This document shows positions 23,201-34,896 of a stretch of 64,000 bases of DNA, in pieces. The notes under the pieces were generated by a model, which saw nothing but the letters and a program-made list of their open reading frames with translations, ran no database searches and was not told the origin of the DNA. Origin of the DNA: Macrostomum lignano (lineage: Eukaryota); NCBI GenBank assembly GCA_002269645.1, contig NIVC01003375.1, positions 1-64,000 on the forward strand. Direction: 5' to 3'. Position numbers and translations under genes: made by a program. How positions within the stretch are numbered: the stretch's first letter is position 1; the number at the start of each line of letters is the position of its first letter.

Positions 23201-26200
23201 GAAAAAGTGCAATTGGCCAATCTATCTGGCCGAGGCAAATTGAGCAGAAGAGCTTGTGGAGAGGAGCGGAGGCAGTGGGAGCTTCGAGCCGCTTCATTTG
23301 GCACTCAGCGGACCGGCTTAAGGAAAGTGTCGGAGTTGGACTCAATTTTTTTCTCGAGTTTCTCTCCTGGGAGAATTTCCCCACACTTAAGTCACCGGGA
23401 ACAGCCTCAGATCGATACAATTACTGGGCGTGATTGATCAGCTCGAGCCCGTACGCTACCCGCTTGCCTGTGCGGAAGTTGACAGCAATGTCGCCGAGGA
23501 AGATGGTGTCCGAGACGCAGTTGAAGATGATCCAGTGGGCGCTCAGGTCGTCATTGAAGAAGGAGATGGCCACGGGCAGGACCACCAGGTTGGTGATAAG
23601 CATCACCAGCATCACTAGGTCCCAATAGAATCTGAAGTGTTGACGCGAAATTGAATTTCTTGTAAGTCTATCAAACCTGTTGATTGTTGCCGCCACGAAA
23701 GCTTTGACTGACTGACGGGGCATCCGCCTGAGCAGCTGCTGTTCGCGCATTCCTCAAGATAATCTTCGAAAAAATTTGCCTTCTGCTCTCTTGCAATCCG
23801 TAATGCAATTTGTTTCTACCAGATGCATATTTAAGGGCCTGCTTCCATCACTCATGGGAGGTAAGTGCCTTTAAAGCGGTGTAGGTTCACGAATGTGACG
23901 GGAATTCCCCCTGACATATCGTCTGAACCTGTGTGCCTAGAGAACACACTGCAGCCCAACCTTCCATCAAGCACTTATCGAACTCTCAAAATCTGCACAA
24001 GTATGATAGTCAAATAGTCTGGTGATTAAATCTTTAAATAAGCTCGCTATTGCCCGCGATCCTCTGTACCTTTTGTACGTAGGCTTGTAGGCTCTGGCAT
24101 AGATTTGTAGGCTCTGGCGTCACACCTGCGAGCTAGTTCTGTCCCGAACTCCAGGTCTGCTCAATCCATGCCCTAACGTAAACCTTGCCAACCATGTAAA
24201 CCTTTGTCCATGTTGTAAGAGACCTCGGCTATGCTCCATCACTTTTCAAGGTCAAAGTCACAGTATGCTTGACGAAAAATGTCAGGGTTAGTTACAAGGT
24301 CGTTATTTAAGGTCAAGGTCTACTAGCTTTTGATTGAGGTCCTGGGGGCAGTGATTGACACGAACGAACGAACATCTTTTGCACTTCAATGCGCATTGTA
24401 AATGCAGCGAGCTCGGTGCACCGTGAAAGTTGAAACAATCCGGGATGTACAATCCGGCTATAATTCCTCGACTGCCATTTCCCTTGAAATCGAAAAAAAT
24501 ATCTGGGAATATTTTTCTACGAGCCTATAGGTTTATAATTGCGCGGCCCGGTGTCGCAGCTTTGTCTGTACGAATCAAGGGCAGAAATGTGACATTCGAG
24601 GGCTAAAGCATAAACACAACGAATTGAACCGCTTTTTTGCGGCCGTTAATTGCTTCTGCAACGTCGAGTCCCAGTTCTGGGCTTCCGGGTTGCAAAGGTC
24701 ATTCTTTTCTAAGAATTACCGTTTGGCCTCCGTGTCACTGTCCATTCACATACGCTCGTAATCTCCTGATGTAAGCAGACTTACTGTAAGTCAGGTCCTT
24801 TGATGAGACATCTACTATAATGCCTGGTTACCTAGTATGGTCCTCCCTCCCTCTCCATAGAGTCCCCGACTCACCTGAAGTTGCTGCACGGATGAATTAT
24901 CCACTTCCCAGACTGCTGCTGACGCCGCTTCTCCTTCAATAGCGCGTTCTTGTTGCCGAACAGTTTCATTGCCAGCTTGTTGTCAGACGGCTGGAAGAAG
25001 GCGAAGAACTGCTCCTTCAGGTAGCTGGATGTGCTCTGCTGCTGCTGCTGGTCGGCCCCCATGTCCACCGTGCTGGCGTCCGCGCCTTGCCTGGCCGAGC
25101 CGCTTTCTCCATCGGTCTCCAGCGGAGCAATCAGCGGCTCGCTGGTTCCGCCTCCCAGCGAGTGATGGTGACCGCGGCGCTGCTGCTGCTGCTGCTGCTG
25201 CTGATGCTGGGAATTTCGCGGCTGGCGCACCGAGCCGAACCTGCCGACGAGCTTGGCTCGGAAGCTCGGCCACCGCTTACTGCCACCGCCAGCAAACGAA
25301 GTTGAAACGGACACGGGCAGGTGAGGAGGCGTCTGCTGCTGCTCTTGCTGCTGGCATCCGGTGTCGCTGCTGTCGCAGTGATTCGCAGTCTCTAGCAGCT
25401 CCACCGGCTGCTGCTGCTGCTGCAGCTCCATGGAGTTGAACCTTTCCGCTTTGACGCCCGAGCGTCGGTCCGTGTCCAGCGATTTAAAGGCCCGCACCGA
25501 GCGGAAGCTGCCGCTGCCCCGGCCAAAGCCGCTGGAGGAGGTGGCAGGTCGGACAGCCGGGCAGCCGCCGCCGCTATTTGGCCCCGGCCGCCGGCCAATC
25601 GAGTGCAGGCGCTCGGACAAGCCCAGGTCGTCCTCCACCGGCAAGCAGAACGACTCGCTCCGGTTCAACAGGGGCGAGCGGCTGCCGCCGTCCGGGTCTG
25701 GAGGACGGAGTTGTGATTCACTCACTGATTGTGTGATTCACCTACAGATTGTGTGATTTACCCACTGATTGTGTGATTCACCCACAGATTGTGTGATTCA
25801 CCAACTGATTGTGTGATTCACCCACTGATTGTGTGATTCACTCACTGATTGTGTGATTCACCCACTGATTGTGTGCTTCACCCACTGATTGTGTGATTTA
25901 CCTACTGATCTTGGGATTCACCCACTGATTGTGTGATTCAGTCACTGCCAATTGATTAATTCATTCAGAAGCTTTTTTAAAAAGACTATTGCACAATAGA
26001 CAAGTAAAAATGCATTTTATAGTTTTAAAGTTTTCGCTTTGCACAATTTCCAAGTCAGCAACTCGCAATTCTTCATCACTTTATCACCAAGGCACTTCCC
26101 CACGAGTTCAGTGCATGTAGCTCATACAGCGCTGCTCGGCAACTCGAAACCCGATCTCAAAGCCGCTTGCTTTCCGAATTGCGACTCGAATTTCCTTTTC

Positions 26201-26773
26201 ATTGCCAGACAGCGGGAAGATGATTCAGAGCCGTAGGGAAATGAATGAGAGGTGAGTCCAGCTGGATAATCCTCTGCCTAAGGCTGACTACATGCAAACT
26301 ACGGATTCTGGGTCTAATTATGCTATCTGGGCAAAATTCTCTCCGCCTTGCCTTAACTCTGTTGGTCTATTGTGAGCTGTTCCGTTGCTATGTGGCTTTA
26401 GCCGAGCCTTCTTTTTTCTCTGGCTTCATCCTCTCCCATTCTCCCTCTCAGTCTCCCTCTCCCAGTCTCTTTCTCCCAGTCTCCCCTCTCTGTGTCCCTC
26501 TCTCTCTGTCTTTCTCTCTCTCAGTCTCCCTCTCTCAGTCTCTCTCTCCCAGTCTCCCCTCTCTGTCTCCCCCTCTCTCCGTCTTTCTCTCTGTCTGTCT
26601 CCGTCTCACAGTCTCCCTCTCACAGTCTCCCTCTCTCAGTCTCCCTCTCTCAGTCTCTCTCTCCCAGTCTCCCCTCTCTGTCTCCCCCTCTCTCCGTCTT
26701 TCTCTCTGTCTGTCTCCGTCCGTCTCACAGTCTCCCTCTCCCAGTCTCCTCCTCTCTGTCTTCATCTCTCTCA

Positions 26774-26813
<40 letters not shown>

Positions 26814-29800
26814 CTCCCTCTCTCAGTCTCCCTCTCTCAGTCTCTCTCTCCCAGTCTCCCCCTCTCTGTCACCCCCTCTCTCTGTCACCCCCTCTCTCTG
26901 TCACCCTCTCTCTCTGTCACCCCTCTCTCTGTCACCCCCTCTCTCTGTCACCCTCTCTCTCTGTCACCCCTCTCTCTGTCACCCCCTCTCTCTGTCACCC
27001 CCTCTCTCTGTCACCCCTCTCTCTGTCACCCCTCTCTCTGTCTTTCTCTCTCTCAGTCTCCCTCCCTCTGTCTCCCTCTCTCTGTCTCCACCTCTGTCTC
27101 CCCCTCTCATTCTCCCTCTCCCTGTCTCCCCTCTCTGCCTCCCCATCTCTCTCTCCCTGTATGTCCCTATGTGTCTCCCCTTTCTGTGTCTCCCTATCTG
27201 TCTCTTTGTCTACCCCTCTCCCTCTCCTCCTCTCCGCTTGCTCTCTGTATCCCCCTCTCTATCTCCTCCTCTCTGTCTCCCTCTCTGTCAGTGAGGGAAG
27301 TTCTTCAGTGTGAAGTGAAAAAACCAGAAGGGAACCCTTTCAAGCCTTAGCCTGCATGGTCTCTCCAACACCCCTATTATGTGTCTCTTTTGACTGTCTG
27401 CTGGCACGCCTTCATGCGGAACGGCAGAATTTCCAGCCCAGGTTTCGCTGCTGCTTTGGCCCCCCGGGGGGATGCAGGGCGGCTCAAAGCCGCTCAGAGG
27501 AGCGACAGAAGAAAATTGGAGTCTGCTCTCTGAGCACTGGAGAACTGAAGGCGACAAGCTGAAAGAGGAGCGAAAAGACAGAGACATGCTTTGAAGATTT
27601 CGGCTGCTATTGAATTAGCGGCTGGGTAAAGAAGTGGGCAAGAAAGCTTTGAGACTTTTTCTACCGTTGAATACTCACTTCAGCTACTGTTTGCAAGTAG
27701 GAAGTAGCAGAGAGAAATGCTAAATTTACAGTAATTTTCGTTTTCTCATTTCTATTCTCTATTTAGGTGAACTTTTCCGCCCTATTTTTTTTCAAAATCC
27801 CGAGAATCTCAGCCGCTACGCTTTGTTCAGGCACACCAGGTAAACAGTAATATCCGCAGGCGGGCTTCCGGCACCCTGGCGCAACGCCTTCGGCGCAACG
27901 CACATGCAAGTGCGCCTGTACGCAGGCACAAACTCATCACGCAGGGTCTACAGCGGCCCTGACTTTTTAATCGGCAGGAAGATTCGTCTATGGTAAAATG
28001 ACTTTCTAATCGGCAGGAAGATTCGTCTATGGTAAAACGCCAGGAGCAGCGACCCCGCCTTGTTTAGCAGGAAGCGGACACATTGGGAGCACGAGAATCG
28101 CCCGCAGGAGATTTGCCCGCTGACAATTTTCTAAATGCGCTGCAGGAAAAAGCATTGCGGGCGAATCTCGACTGGCAAATCTCATGTGGGCAATTCTCAT
28201 GGACCAATTTGCTAAATCATCCGCTTATTCTTACAGCTCCGAAAATGACAAAAGTGCCTTTCTCTAACAATTTAGCGAGGGATCTGAAACACTGGGTGCA
28301 TTGGCTGCACTGGCTGACAACCTGGCCGAGACAAAACAGAAGAGCGCGTTTGGGAATGAATCTCAGAGGGAGGCATTGTGGCAGAACAAAAGCAGGGAAA
28401 ATGCGAAGGAAGAGGAGGCGGAGACACTGATACTGCGATGCAAATGTTCAAGCCTGGAGTTGTACATGCCGGTACTCCACGTGTAAGCCTGCAGTTGTAC
28501 GTGCTGGCACTCCTCTCCCATTTCTATCTTTCTGTCTCCCGTGTCTATCTTGTCTATTTCCCGTCTCTATCTTCACTATCTCTTATCTCTATTGCGTCTA
28601 TCTCCCGTCTCTATCTTGTCTATTTCCCGTCTCTATCTTTTCTATCTCCTGTCTCTATCTTGTCTATCTCCTATCTCTATCTTGTCTATCTCCTATCTCT
28701 ATCTTGTCTATCTCCTGTCTCTATCTTGTTTATCTCCTATCTCTATCTTTTCTATCTCCTGTCTCTATCTTGTCTATCTCCTATCTCTATCTTGTCTATC
28801 TCCTATCTCTATCTTGTCTATCTCCTGTCTCTATCTTGTTTATCTCCTATCTCTATCTTTTCTATCTCCTGTCTCTATCTTGTCTATCTCCTATCTCTAT
28901 CTTGTCTATCTCCTATCTCTATCTTGTCTATCTCCTGTCTCTATCTTGTCTATCTCCTGTTTCTATCTTGTCTATTTCCCGTCTCTATCTTCACTATCTC
29001 TTGTCTCTTTTGCGTCTATCTCCCGTCTCTATCTTGTCTATTTCCCGTCTCTATCTTCTCTATCTCCTGTCTCTATCTTTTCTATCTCCTGTCTCTATCT
29101 TGTCTATCTCCTATCTCTATCTTGTCTATCTCCTATCTCTATCTTGTCTATCTCCTGTCTCTATCTTGTCTATCTCCTGTCTCTATCTTGTCTATCTCCT
29201 GTCTCTATCTTGTCTATCTCCTGTCTCCATCTTGTCTATCTCCTGTCTCTATCTTGTCTATCTCCTGTCTCTATCTTGTCTATCTCTTATCTCGTGTGTC
29301 ATCTGTTTCTTTCGCTCTGTTTAATCTCCTGACACTCCTCCGCCAAAATTTCTACCGTTGCAGGAGGACACAAAAAGTTGCTGCTCCCAAGCCTCCCTTT
29401 TCCATCTGTTTGTCTTAAATCCTCATTTCCCGTCTCCATCTGGAGCCCCATAGCCGCAGCTGAGCTGCTGTGCTCAAAGTGAACCGGCGCACCAGTCTGA
29501 GAAGAAATGCAGAGAAAAACATGGCTGACGACTGGCTTTGGCTTATTTCTGAGAAATAAGGAAAGTACGGTAAAGGTTGATGAACCTATCCCCATTGAGT
29601 CATGAGCAGCGCATCCTCATGGATTTATGACTAGCTACTTCTCATGGATTTATGACTAGCTAATCCTCATGGATTTTTGACTAGCTAATCCTCATGGATT
29701 TATGACTAGCTACTTCTCATGGATTTATGACTAGCTAATCCTCATGGATTTATGACTAGCTACTTCTCATGGATTTATGACTAGCTAATCCTCATGGATT

Positions 29801-30287
29801 TATGACTAGCTAATCCTCATGGATTTATGACTAGCTACTTCTCATGGATTTATGACTAGCTAATCCTCATGGATTTATGACTAGCTACTTCTCATGGATT
29901 TATGACTAGCTAATCTTCATGGATTTATGACTAGCTAATCCTCATGGATCCTCATGACTAGCTAATCCTCATGGATTTATGACTAGCTAATCCTCATGGA
30001 TTTACGACTAGCTAATCCTCATGGATCCTCATGACTAGCTAATCCTCATGGATCCTTATGACTAGCTAATCCTCATGGATTTACGACTAGCTAATCTAGC
30101 ACAGTGTGCACTCGCGGCACTCACTGACACTTGTTCTGTAATTCGCACAGCCAGAGATGGTCCTCTGCCGTCTCAGGCGGCTTCCAGTCGCGTGGTGGTG
30201 GCCCGCCAAAGAAACAGCTGAAGTCTGCTGCTCCTGCGGCGTCCATCCCGATGATTCCCTCAGATCCGGCAGCCGATCTCCGTCCAT
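13729..30287 (-). CDS. HCN: HCN (hyperpolarization-activated cyclic nucleotide-gated, Ih) channel gene, multi-exon; 5' limit tentative
   Basis: Exons join in frame to give HCN domain, S1-S6, S4 ([32 protein letters not shown]), GYG pore, C-linker and CNBD ([16 protein letters not shown]), closely matching invertebrate Ih channels. Confidence 0.96.
14281..14646 (-). mobile_element. tRNA-derived SINE, near full-length copy
   Basis: Reverse complement begins GGGGCCGTAGCCCAGTGG (Pol III A box) ... CTCATGT ... GGCTCGATTCC (B box-like), followed by a ~290-bp body shared with the other copies. Confidence 0.8.
14810..15460. repeat. 20-bp minisatellite (acccaggaccccarttagac)
   Basis: Direct reading; HCN intron. 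Confidence 0.95.
16523..16912. repeat. 49-bp tandem repeat, ~8 copies
   Basis: atgactgttcacctgttattagactgcagcctcacctgttcttatctta repeated. Confidence 0.95.
17118..17361 (-). CDS. HCN: HCN exon (C-linker end / CNBD N-terminal half)
   Basis: cccgcag|CAA ATC ATC AAC ... TAC TTT GGC G|GTGAGC; [17 protein letters not shown]...GSYFG. Confidence 0.95.
17989..18135 (-). CDS. HCN: HCN exon (C-linker)
   Basis: cgcag|TTC AAG CAA GTG ... AGA GAG|GTAAGC; [34 protein letters not shown]. Confidence 0.95.
18170..18500. repeat. Degenerate 8-bp repeat (gggtatgt)n
   Basis: Direct reading; HCN intron. Confidence 0.9.
18846..19064 (-). CDS. HCN: HCN exon (pore helix, filter SIGYG, S6)
   Basis: cctcag|GAG GCG CAC TGG ... 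GAA AAG|GTGAGT; [29 protein letters not shown]...SKRLYREK. Confidence 0.96.
19310..19630. repeat. G-rich degenerate minisatellite (ggggcaggagttggaggggtggggtatgt-like)
   Basis: Direct reading; many GGGG runs on + strand. Confidence 0.9.
20369..20518 (-). CDS. HCN: HCN S4-S5 linker/S5/turret alternative exon C (canonical-like)
   Basis: catttgcag|CTG...ATC CAG|GTATCA; 150 nt, phase 0-0; [50 protein letters not shown]. Confidence 0.93.
20792..20941 (-). CDS. HCN: HCN S4-S5 linker/S5/turret alternative exon B (not in ORF track)
   Basis: catttgcag|CTC...TTG AAG|GTGAAG; 150 nt, phase 0-0; [50 protein letters not shown]. Confidence 0.9.
21997..22146 (-). CDS. HCN: HCN S4-S5 linker/S5/turret alternative exon A
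   Basis: ttttcag|TTC...CTT AAG|GTGATG; 150 nt, phase 0-0; [50 protein letters not shown]. Confidence 0.9.
22321..22418 (-). CDS. HCN: HCN exon (S4 voltage sensor)
   Basis: ccag|GC CGA GCT CTC ... GAG GAG|GTCAGT; [32 protein letters not shown]. Confidence 0.95.
22987..23154 (-). CDS. HCN: HCN exon (S2-S3 loop, S3)
   Basis: caccag|GC GTC ATC ... GCG G|GTGAGA; [41 protein letters not shown]. Confidence 0.95.
23468..23631 (-). CDS. HCN: HCN exon (S1-S2), ends at a GC donor
   Basis: cttcag|A TTC TAT TGG GAC ... CGC ACA G|GCAAGC; [11 protein letters not shown]...AVNFRTG. Confidence 0.92.
24875..25697 (-). CDS. HCN: HCN large N-terminal exon (poly-Q low-complexity region and HCN domain)
   Basis: [50 protein letters not shown] then AG|GTGAGT. 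5' boundary tentative (acceptor cctccag at 25698); first in-frame ATG at 25431. Confidence 0.88.
25711..25945. repeat. 20-bp minisatellite (cacccactgattgtgtgatt)
   Basis: Direct reading. Confidence 0.9.
26420..27290. repeat. CT-rich degenerate simple repeat
   Basis: Direct reading; explains the Ser/Leu/Pro-rich spurious ORFs. Confidence 0.9.
27850..27975 (-). mobile_element. tRNA-derived SINE fragment
   Basis: caccctggcgcaacg...acgcaggcaca...cagcggccctgactttttaatcg matches the 11690 and 14281 copies. Confidence 0.5.
28520..29295. repeat. 22-bp minisatellite (ctatcttgtctatctcctgtct)
   Basis: Direct reading. Confidence 0.93.
29613..30095. repeat. 25-bp minisatellite (tcctcatggatttatgactagctaa)
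   Basis: Direct reading. Confidence 0.95.
30125..30287 (-). CDS. HCN: Candidate first coding exon of HCN (MDGDRLPDL...RRQRTISG...RTSV)
   Basis: ATG at 30287; strong donor A|GTGAGT at 30124 in phase 1, matching the phase-1 acceptor at 25698; contains an RxRxxS kinase-type motif. Inference. Confidence 0.45.
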
Positions 30288-30784
30288 GTCACCTGCGGCT
30301 CTCCCGTGGTTCACCTGCGGTCTCCGGGATCTCCCAGAATCAGCCTTAGTCAGGGGGCTTTTACAGATTGGTACAGCCTCTGCGTAGTTGACAATTGAGA
30401 GCACCCGGCGGCGGGGCAGAGAGAGGCTGGCAGCTCCATCAACCTACCAGCTTCCTCGCCCTCCGCCCCCGCTTCTCCCTCCTCCCCCCACACTCGTAAG
30501 CTCCAGGTGACAGACGGCCCGCTGCAGAGCCGGCCTGCCCGTGTTTCCCCATTCTTCTGTTTCAGGCCCTGCCAGCAGTACTCAGGCAAAACTGTGTTGG
30601 TGAGAATCCCAGCAAGGGCTGATCACGCACATGCGGCCTGCGCTACTACCTGCAGCTGCCGTGTGTGACTGGGGGGGTGATGAGAGCGCATCTGTGATGC
30701 TGCTTCTCTCAGGCACTGCGCAGCACTGAGCCTGTTGAATTATTGCTGCACTTCATCCACTGAAGCTGCTGGGCTATCAGTATG

Positions 30785-31120
30785 CACTGATGATTCACTC
30801 AGACTGATGATTCACTCAGACTGATGATTCACTCAGACTGATGATTCACTCAGACTGATGATTCACTCAGACTGATGATTCACTCAGACTAATGATTCAC
30901 TCACTGTCCATAATTCACTCACTCAGTACATGATTCACTCATTCAGTCCATGATTCACTCAATCAGTCCATGATTCACTCACTCAGTCCATGATTCACTC
31001 ACTCAATCCATAATTCACTCACTCAGTCCATGATTCACTCACTCAGTCCATGATTCACTCACTCAGTCCATGGTTCACTCACTCAGTACATTATTCACTC
31101 ACTGTCCATGATTCACTCAC
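30785..31120. repeat. 17-bp repeat grading into a 20-bp repeat (gattcactcact core)
   Basis: tgatgattcactcagac then atgattcactcactcagtcc; the core is shared with the 25711 repeat. Confidence 0.9.
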
Positions 31121-31492
31121 TGTCTACAAGATCCAAAGCAAGCATTTTTGAGACCCCAGGCTGCTCAGCACTGCAGCTCAGGAAAATTGCCAGGTAACTG
31201 AAGTGAGACGGCAGTCTCATACGGGCCGTATACCGGTAGACTGAGTGGGCAGAAGTGTCTCACAATGCACAAAATGAAGTTTTCCAACAGGCACCTGGGA
31301 ATTCAACTATAGGAATGGCAAATTTGCAGCATGCATGAGCTGAGTAGCCTGAGCTGTCGTTGCAAATTTATGGAAGCTGTGACTTCAGCCCTTTCAATGA
31401 TGGTTATTTTTTCATTAGTTATAGACAGTGTACTAAAATATGAAATGAAATATGGCTGTTTCACTCTCAGTTATACCATTGAAATTCTAAGG

Positions 31493-31800
31493 GTCTGTAA
31501 GTCTGTAAGTCTGTAAGTCTGTAAGTCTGTAAGTCTGTAAGTCTGTAAGTCTGTAAGTCTGTAAGTCTGTAAGTCTGTAAGTCTGTAAGTCTGTAAGTCT
31601 GTAAGTCTGTAAGTCTGTAAGTCTGTAAGTCTGTAAGTCTGTAAGTCTGTAAGTCTGTAAGTCTGTAAATCTGTAAGTCTGTAAGTCTGTAAGTCTGTAA
31701 GTCTGTAAGTCTGTAAGTCTGTAAGTCTGTAAGTCTGTAAGTCTGTAAGTCTGTAAGTCTGTAAGTCTGTAAGTCTGTAAGTCTGTAAGTCTGTAAGTCC
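31493..31800. repeat. (GTCTGTAA)n octamer microsatellite
   Basis: Direct reading. Confidence 0.97.
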
Positions 31801-32010
31801 ACTAACATACAAGAAATGATGTCACCCTTCTGAGCATTTACGAACCTCAATTCTTGAAACCTGTTTGTCTGTTAGTCCATTTGCTAGCCGAAAAATTAGT
31901 GTTCAAAATATTCTAATGGTAGCCTGTAATTCAGAGTCTGTAGCCTGCATGCATGTCTGTAAAATCTGTCTGTGAATCCAAATCTGTAAGTCTGTAAGTC
32001 AGGAGGGGGG

Positions 32011-32348
32011 GGGGGCGTAGCCTAGTGGCTCTCATGTGCCAGCGACCCAGGCTCGATTCCCAGTGCAGTCGCATTAATTTAGCTCTGAATTGGAATCTCG
32101 GCTTGGCTCTGCTCGTGCAATTAACGTCCTTGAGGGCCAACCCCCAAGGCACAGTGAAGTGTACATGCCTAACGATAAATAAAGTCAGGGCCGCTGTACA
32201 CTTCTGTGTGAGTGTGTGCCTGTGCGTATGACTGCGTACGTATCCGCGCGCCTGTGTGTCTGCTCAGGGGAGTCAGTGGAATTCGCAGTAATGCCTCTCA
32301 GCGGTTGTGTGACAATGTCACTTTAAGTGCACACAGCCCCTATCTCTA
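32011..32348 (+). mobile_element. tRNA-derived SINE copy (short deletion in the tRNA head)
   Basis: gggggcgtagcctagtgg ctctcatgtgccagcgacccaggctcgattccc... ends cccctatctcta; reverse complement of the 14281 copy. Confidence 0.8.
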
Positions 32349-32892
32349 ACTGAAAATTATGTAAGTCTGTAAGCCTGTAACTCGGTAAAGTCCTCAAGCA
32401 GTTTTTCCAAGAATCTCACGAGCTCCGGAGCACTCGGACGAAGGCCAGCTCAGCAGCCTGCAGCTGCTCCGGCCGGCTTCTGGATGGTGCTGCAGCATCT
32501 TCTACCTCCCTGTCACAAGTGCTGGAAGCGGCAGCCCCGAGTCACCTGATTTATACAGCGCCAGCCCTCATTAAAGCTGCCCCGCTGAGGCCATCCCAAT
32601 GGCCAAAAGTCTTTGAGCTCGTCAACTTCAAAAACGAAAAATTTGCCTGCCGGATTTCCGGCACTTTTTTGCGACAGGGAGAAATTGCAAAGACAAAAAA
32701 TTCTTCTGATAAGAGGGGGGGCGACTTTGTTAGCGGCTGATGCTACTGGAAGTAGGACTCCAGTAGCCGTCTTATATATATTTTTAATTATGTTGGAGAA
32801 ATTATTCTAGTCTAGCATACTAAGCAGCTGATATTCTCGTGCACTCAATTACACTCAAGTGCAAGATTATAGTGGCCCTAAAAATCTTTTAT

Positions 32893-33239
32893 TAGAGGCA
32901 GGGCGGGCTGTTTTGCACCCTGGCGCACTTTAAGCGACACATTGTCACACAACCGCTGAGAGGCATTACTGCCCATTCCCCTGACTCCCCTGAGCAGACA
33001 CCTGAGGATACGTACGCAGTCATACGCACAGGCACACACTCACACAGGAGTGTACAGAGCCCTGACTTTATTTATCGTTAGGCATGTACACTTCACTGTG
33101 CCGGGGGGGTTGGCCCTCCAGGACGTTAATTGCACGAGCAGAGCCAAGCCGAGATTCCAATTCAGAGCCAAATTAATGCGACTGCACTTGGAATCGAGCC
33201 TGGGCCGCTGGCACATCAGAGCGCCGCGCTAAACCACTA
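32893..33239 (-). mobile_element. tRNA-derived SINE copy
   Basis: Colinear with the 14281-14646 copy over its length. Confidence 0.8.
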
Positions 33240-34029
33240 AAACACCTCACGATGCACCTTAACCATCGGGCTTCCAAGCACCTTGCTAGTCAGATGCGCT
33301 CCAGAATGCATCACGGACGGGACATGCAAAGCTAATTTTGTTAGAAAGGCCTCGGCTCCGCATTCGCTTCAAACTGATCGACTCTGACAGCAGCTGATGG
33401 CGGACGCAACAAGGATTCTGGGCTTTGGCAGGGGTCTACTGATCCGATTACCGGGTCCGAGTGAGGATCTCAGGCCAGGATAAGTATCGATACGCGACCG
33501 CTGAAGCAGAAAGCTGGCAACTCGCGCCAACTACGCTAGAGGTCGGTTCTCGCTAAAGAATTCATTAGCGACATGGGAAGTTCTCAGTTTTTTAACACTG
33601 AATCTCCAATGTCTCCCCTTCTTGACTTCTGAATTCCAAATGAAGCAAACATAGGTTTTGTCAAAGATTTATTCGAAAATTTAGTCAAGAAAATGTTTAA
33701 CGCCCGTGAAGCCTCTCTACTCGTAAAATTCGGGGAGAGTAGCTCGCCTTACCAAAAGTAGCGAGCTTTAGCCAGAAAATTGTTTTTCATGTTCGCTCTT
33801 TCCTGAATTTTCCTCTCTATCCGGCTCTCCGGCCTTTTGAAACTTTAAAATAAGCCATTCGGCCCGCTCAAGGTTTGCGTCTCTTCTCAGCTCTCTCCTC
33901 TCTTCTCTCCCCTCTTCTCTCTTCTCTCTCCCCTCTCTTGTCTTATCTTCCATCTCTGCTCTCATCACTTCTCTTGCCTCTCCTCTCTTCTCTTATTCTC
34001 AGCCTCATTTCGAATTCGGAAGTCCAGAT

Positions 34030-34245
34030 ATAGAGGGTGAAGATGTGGAGGGTGAAGATGTGGAGGGTGAAGATGTGGAGGGTGAAGATGTGGAGGGTGA
34101 AGATGTGGAGGGTAAAGATGCGGAGGGTGAAGATGTGGAGGGTGAGGATGTGGAGGGTGAAGAAGTGGAGGGTAAAGATATGGAGGGTAAAGATGTGGAG
34201 GGTAAAGAAGTGGAGGGTGAAGACGTGGAGGGTAAAGATATGGAG
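34030..34245. repeat. 15-bp minisatellite (gtgaagatgtggagg)
   Basis: Direct reading. Confidence 0.9.
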
Positions 34246-34695
34246 GTTAGAAAAGTGAACGGAAGGTAAAGCAATTCCGCAACAGGTAGGAAGGCCACCA
34301 AGGAGAAGTCATTGAGCCTTGAATTCCCAGCGCTCACAAGATGCTCACCATCAGATCCGCAGCTCTCAAACACGGCGGGCGGCACCTCAAGCAGCAGGCA
34401 TCGCTTGTCTCTGTTCTTCGACATTTTCTGCCAACTGCTCGTTGTGGGAATTTAAATCTGGAATGGATTCTGGGAGGGATGGATAAAGCTAAATGAAGTA
34501 AATCTCTGAGACTCGCAGCCGGATTAATACTGAGTCTCCTGAGAGGCTCCCACGGCGCTCCGATCTCTGATTGGCTTCTGGCTGGCAGCAGCCGCCACAG
34601 CGGGGGCGCCCCGGCCCGGTCGACACGCCAAATTTCGTGACGGTGAGCGCAAAATTAATTGGCAAGATGAGGCCAGCAGGAATTCGAGAGAGAAT

Positions 34696-34896
<201 letters not shown>

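Noticed and set aside
26245-29418. Ser/Leu/Pro-rich and Leu/Tyr-rich ORFs of 200-350 aa
   Set aside because: Products of CT-rich and 22-bp repeats that lack stop codons
32011-32090. Functional tRNA gene
   Set aside because: Head is truncated and degenerate and is fused to a repeated body found in five copies, so it is a SINE
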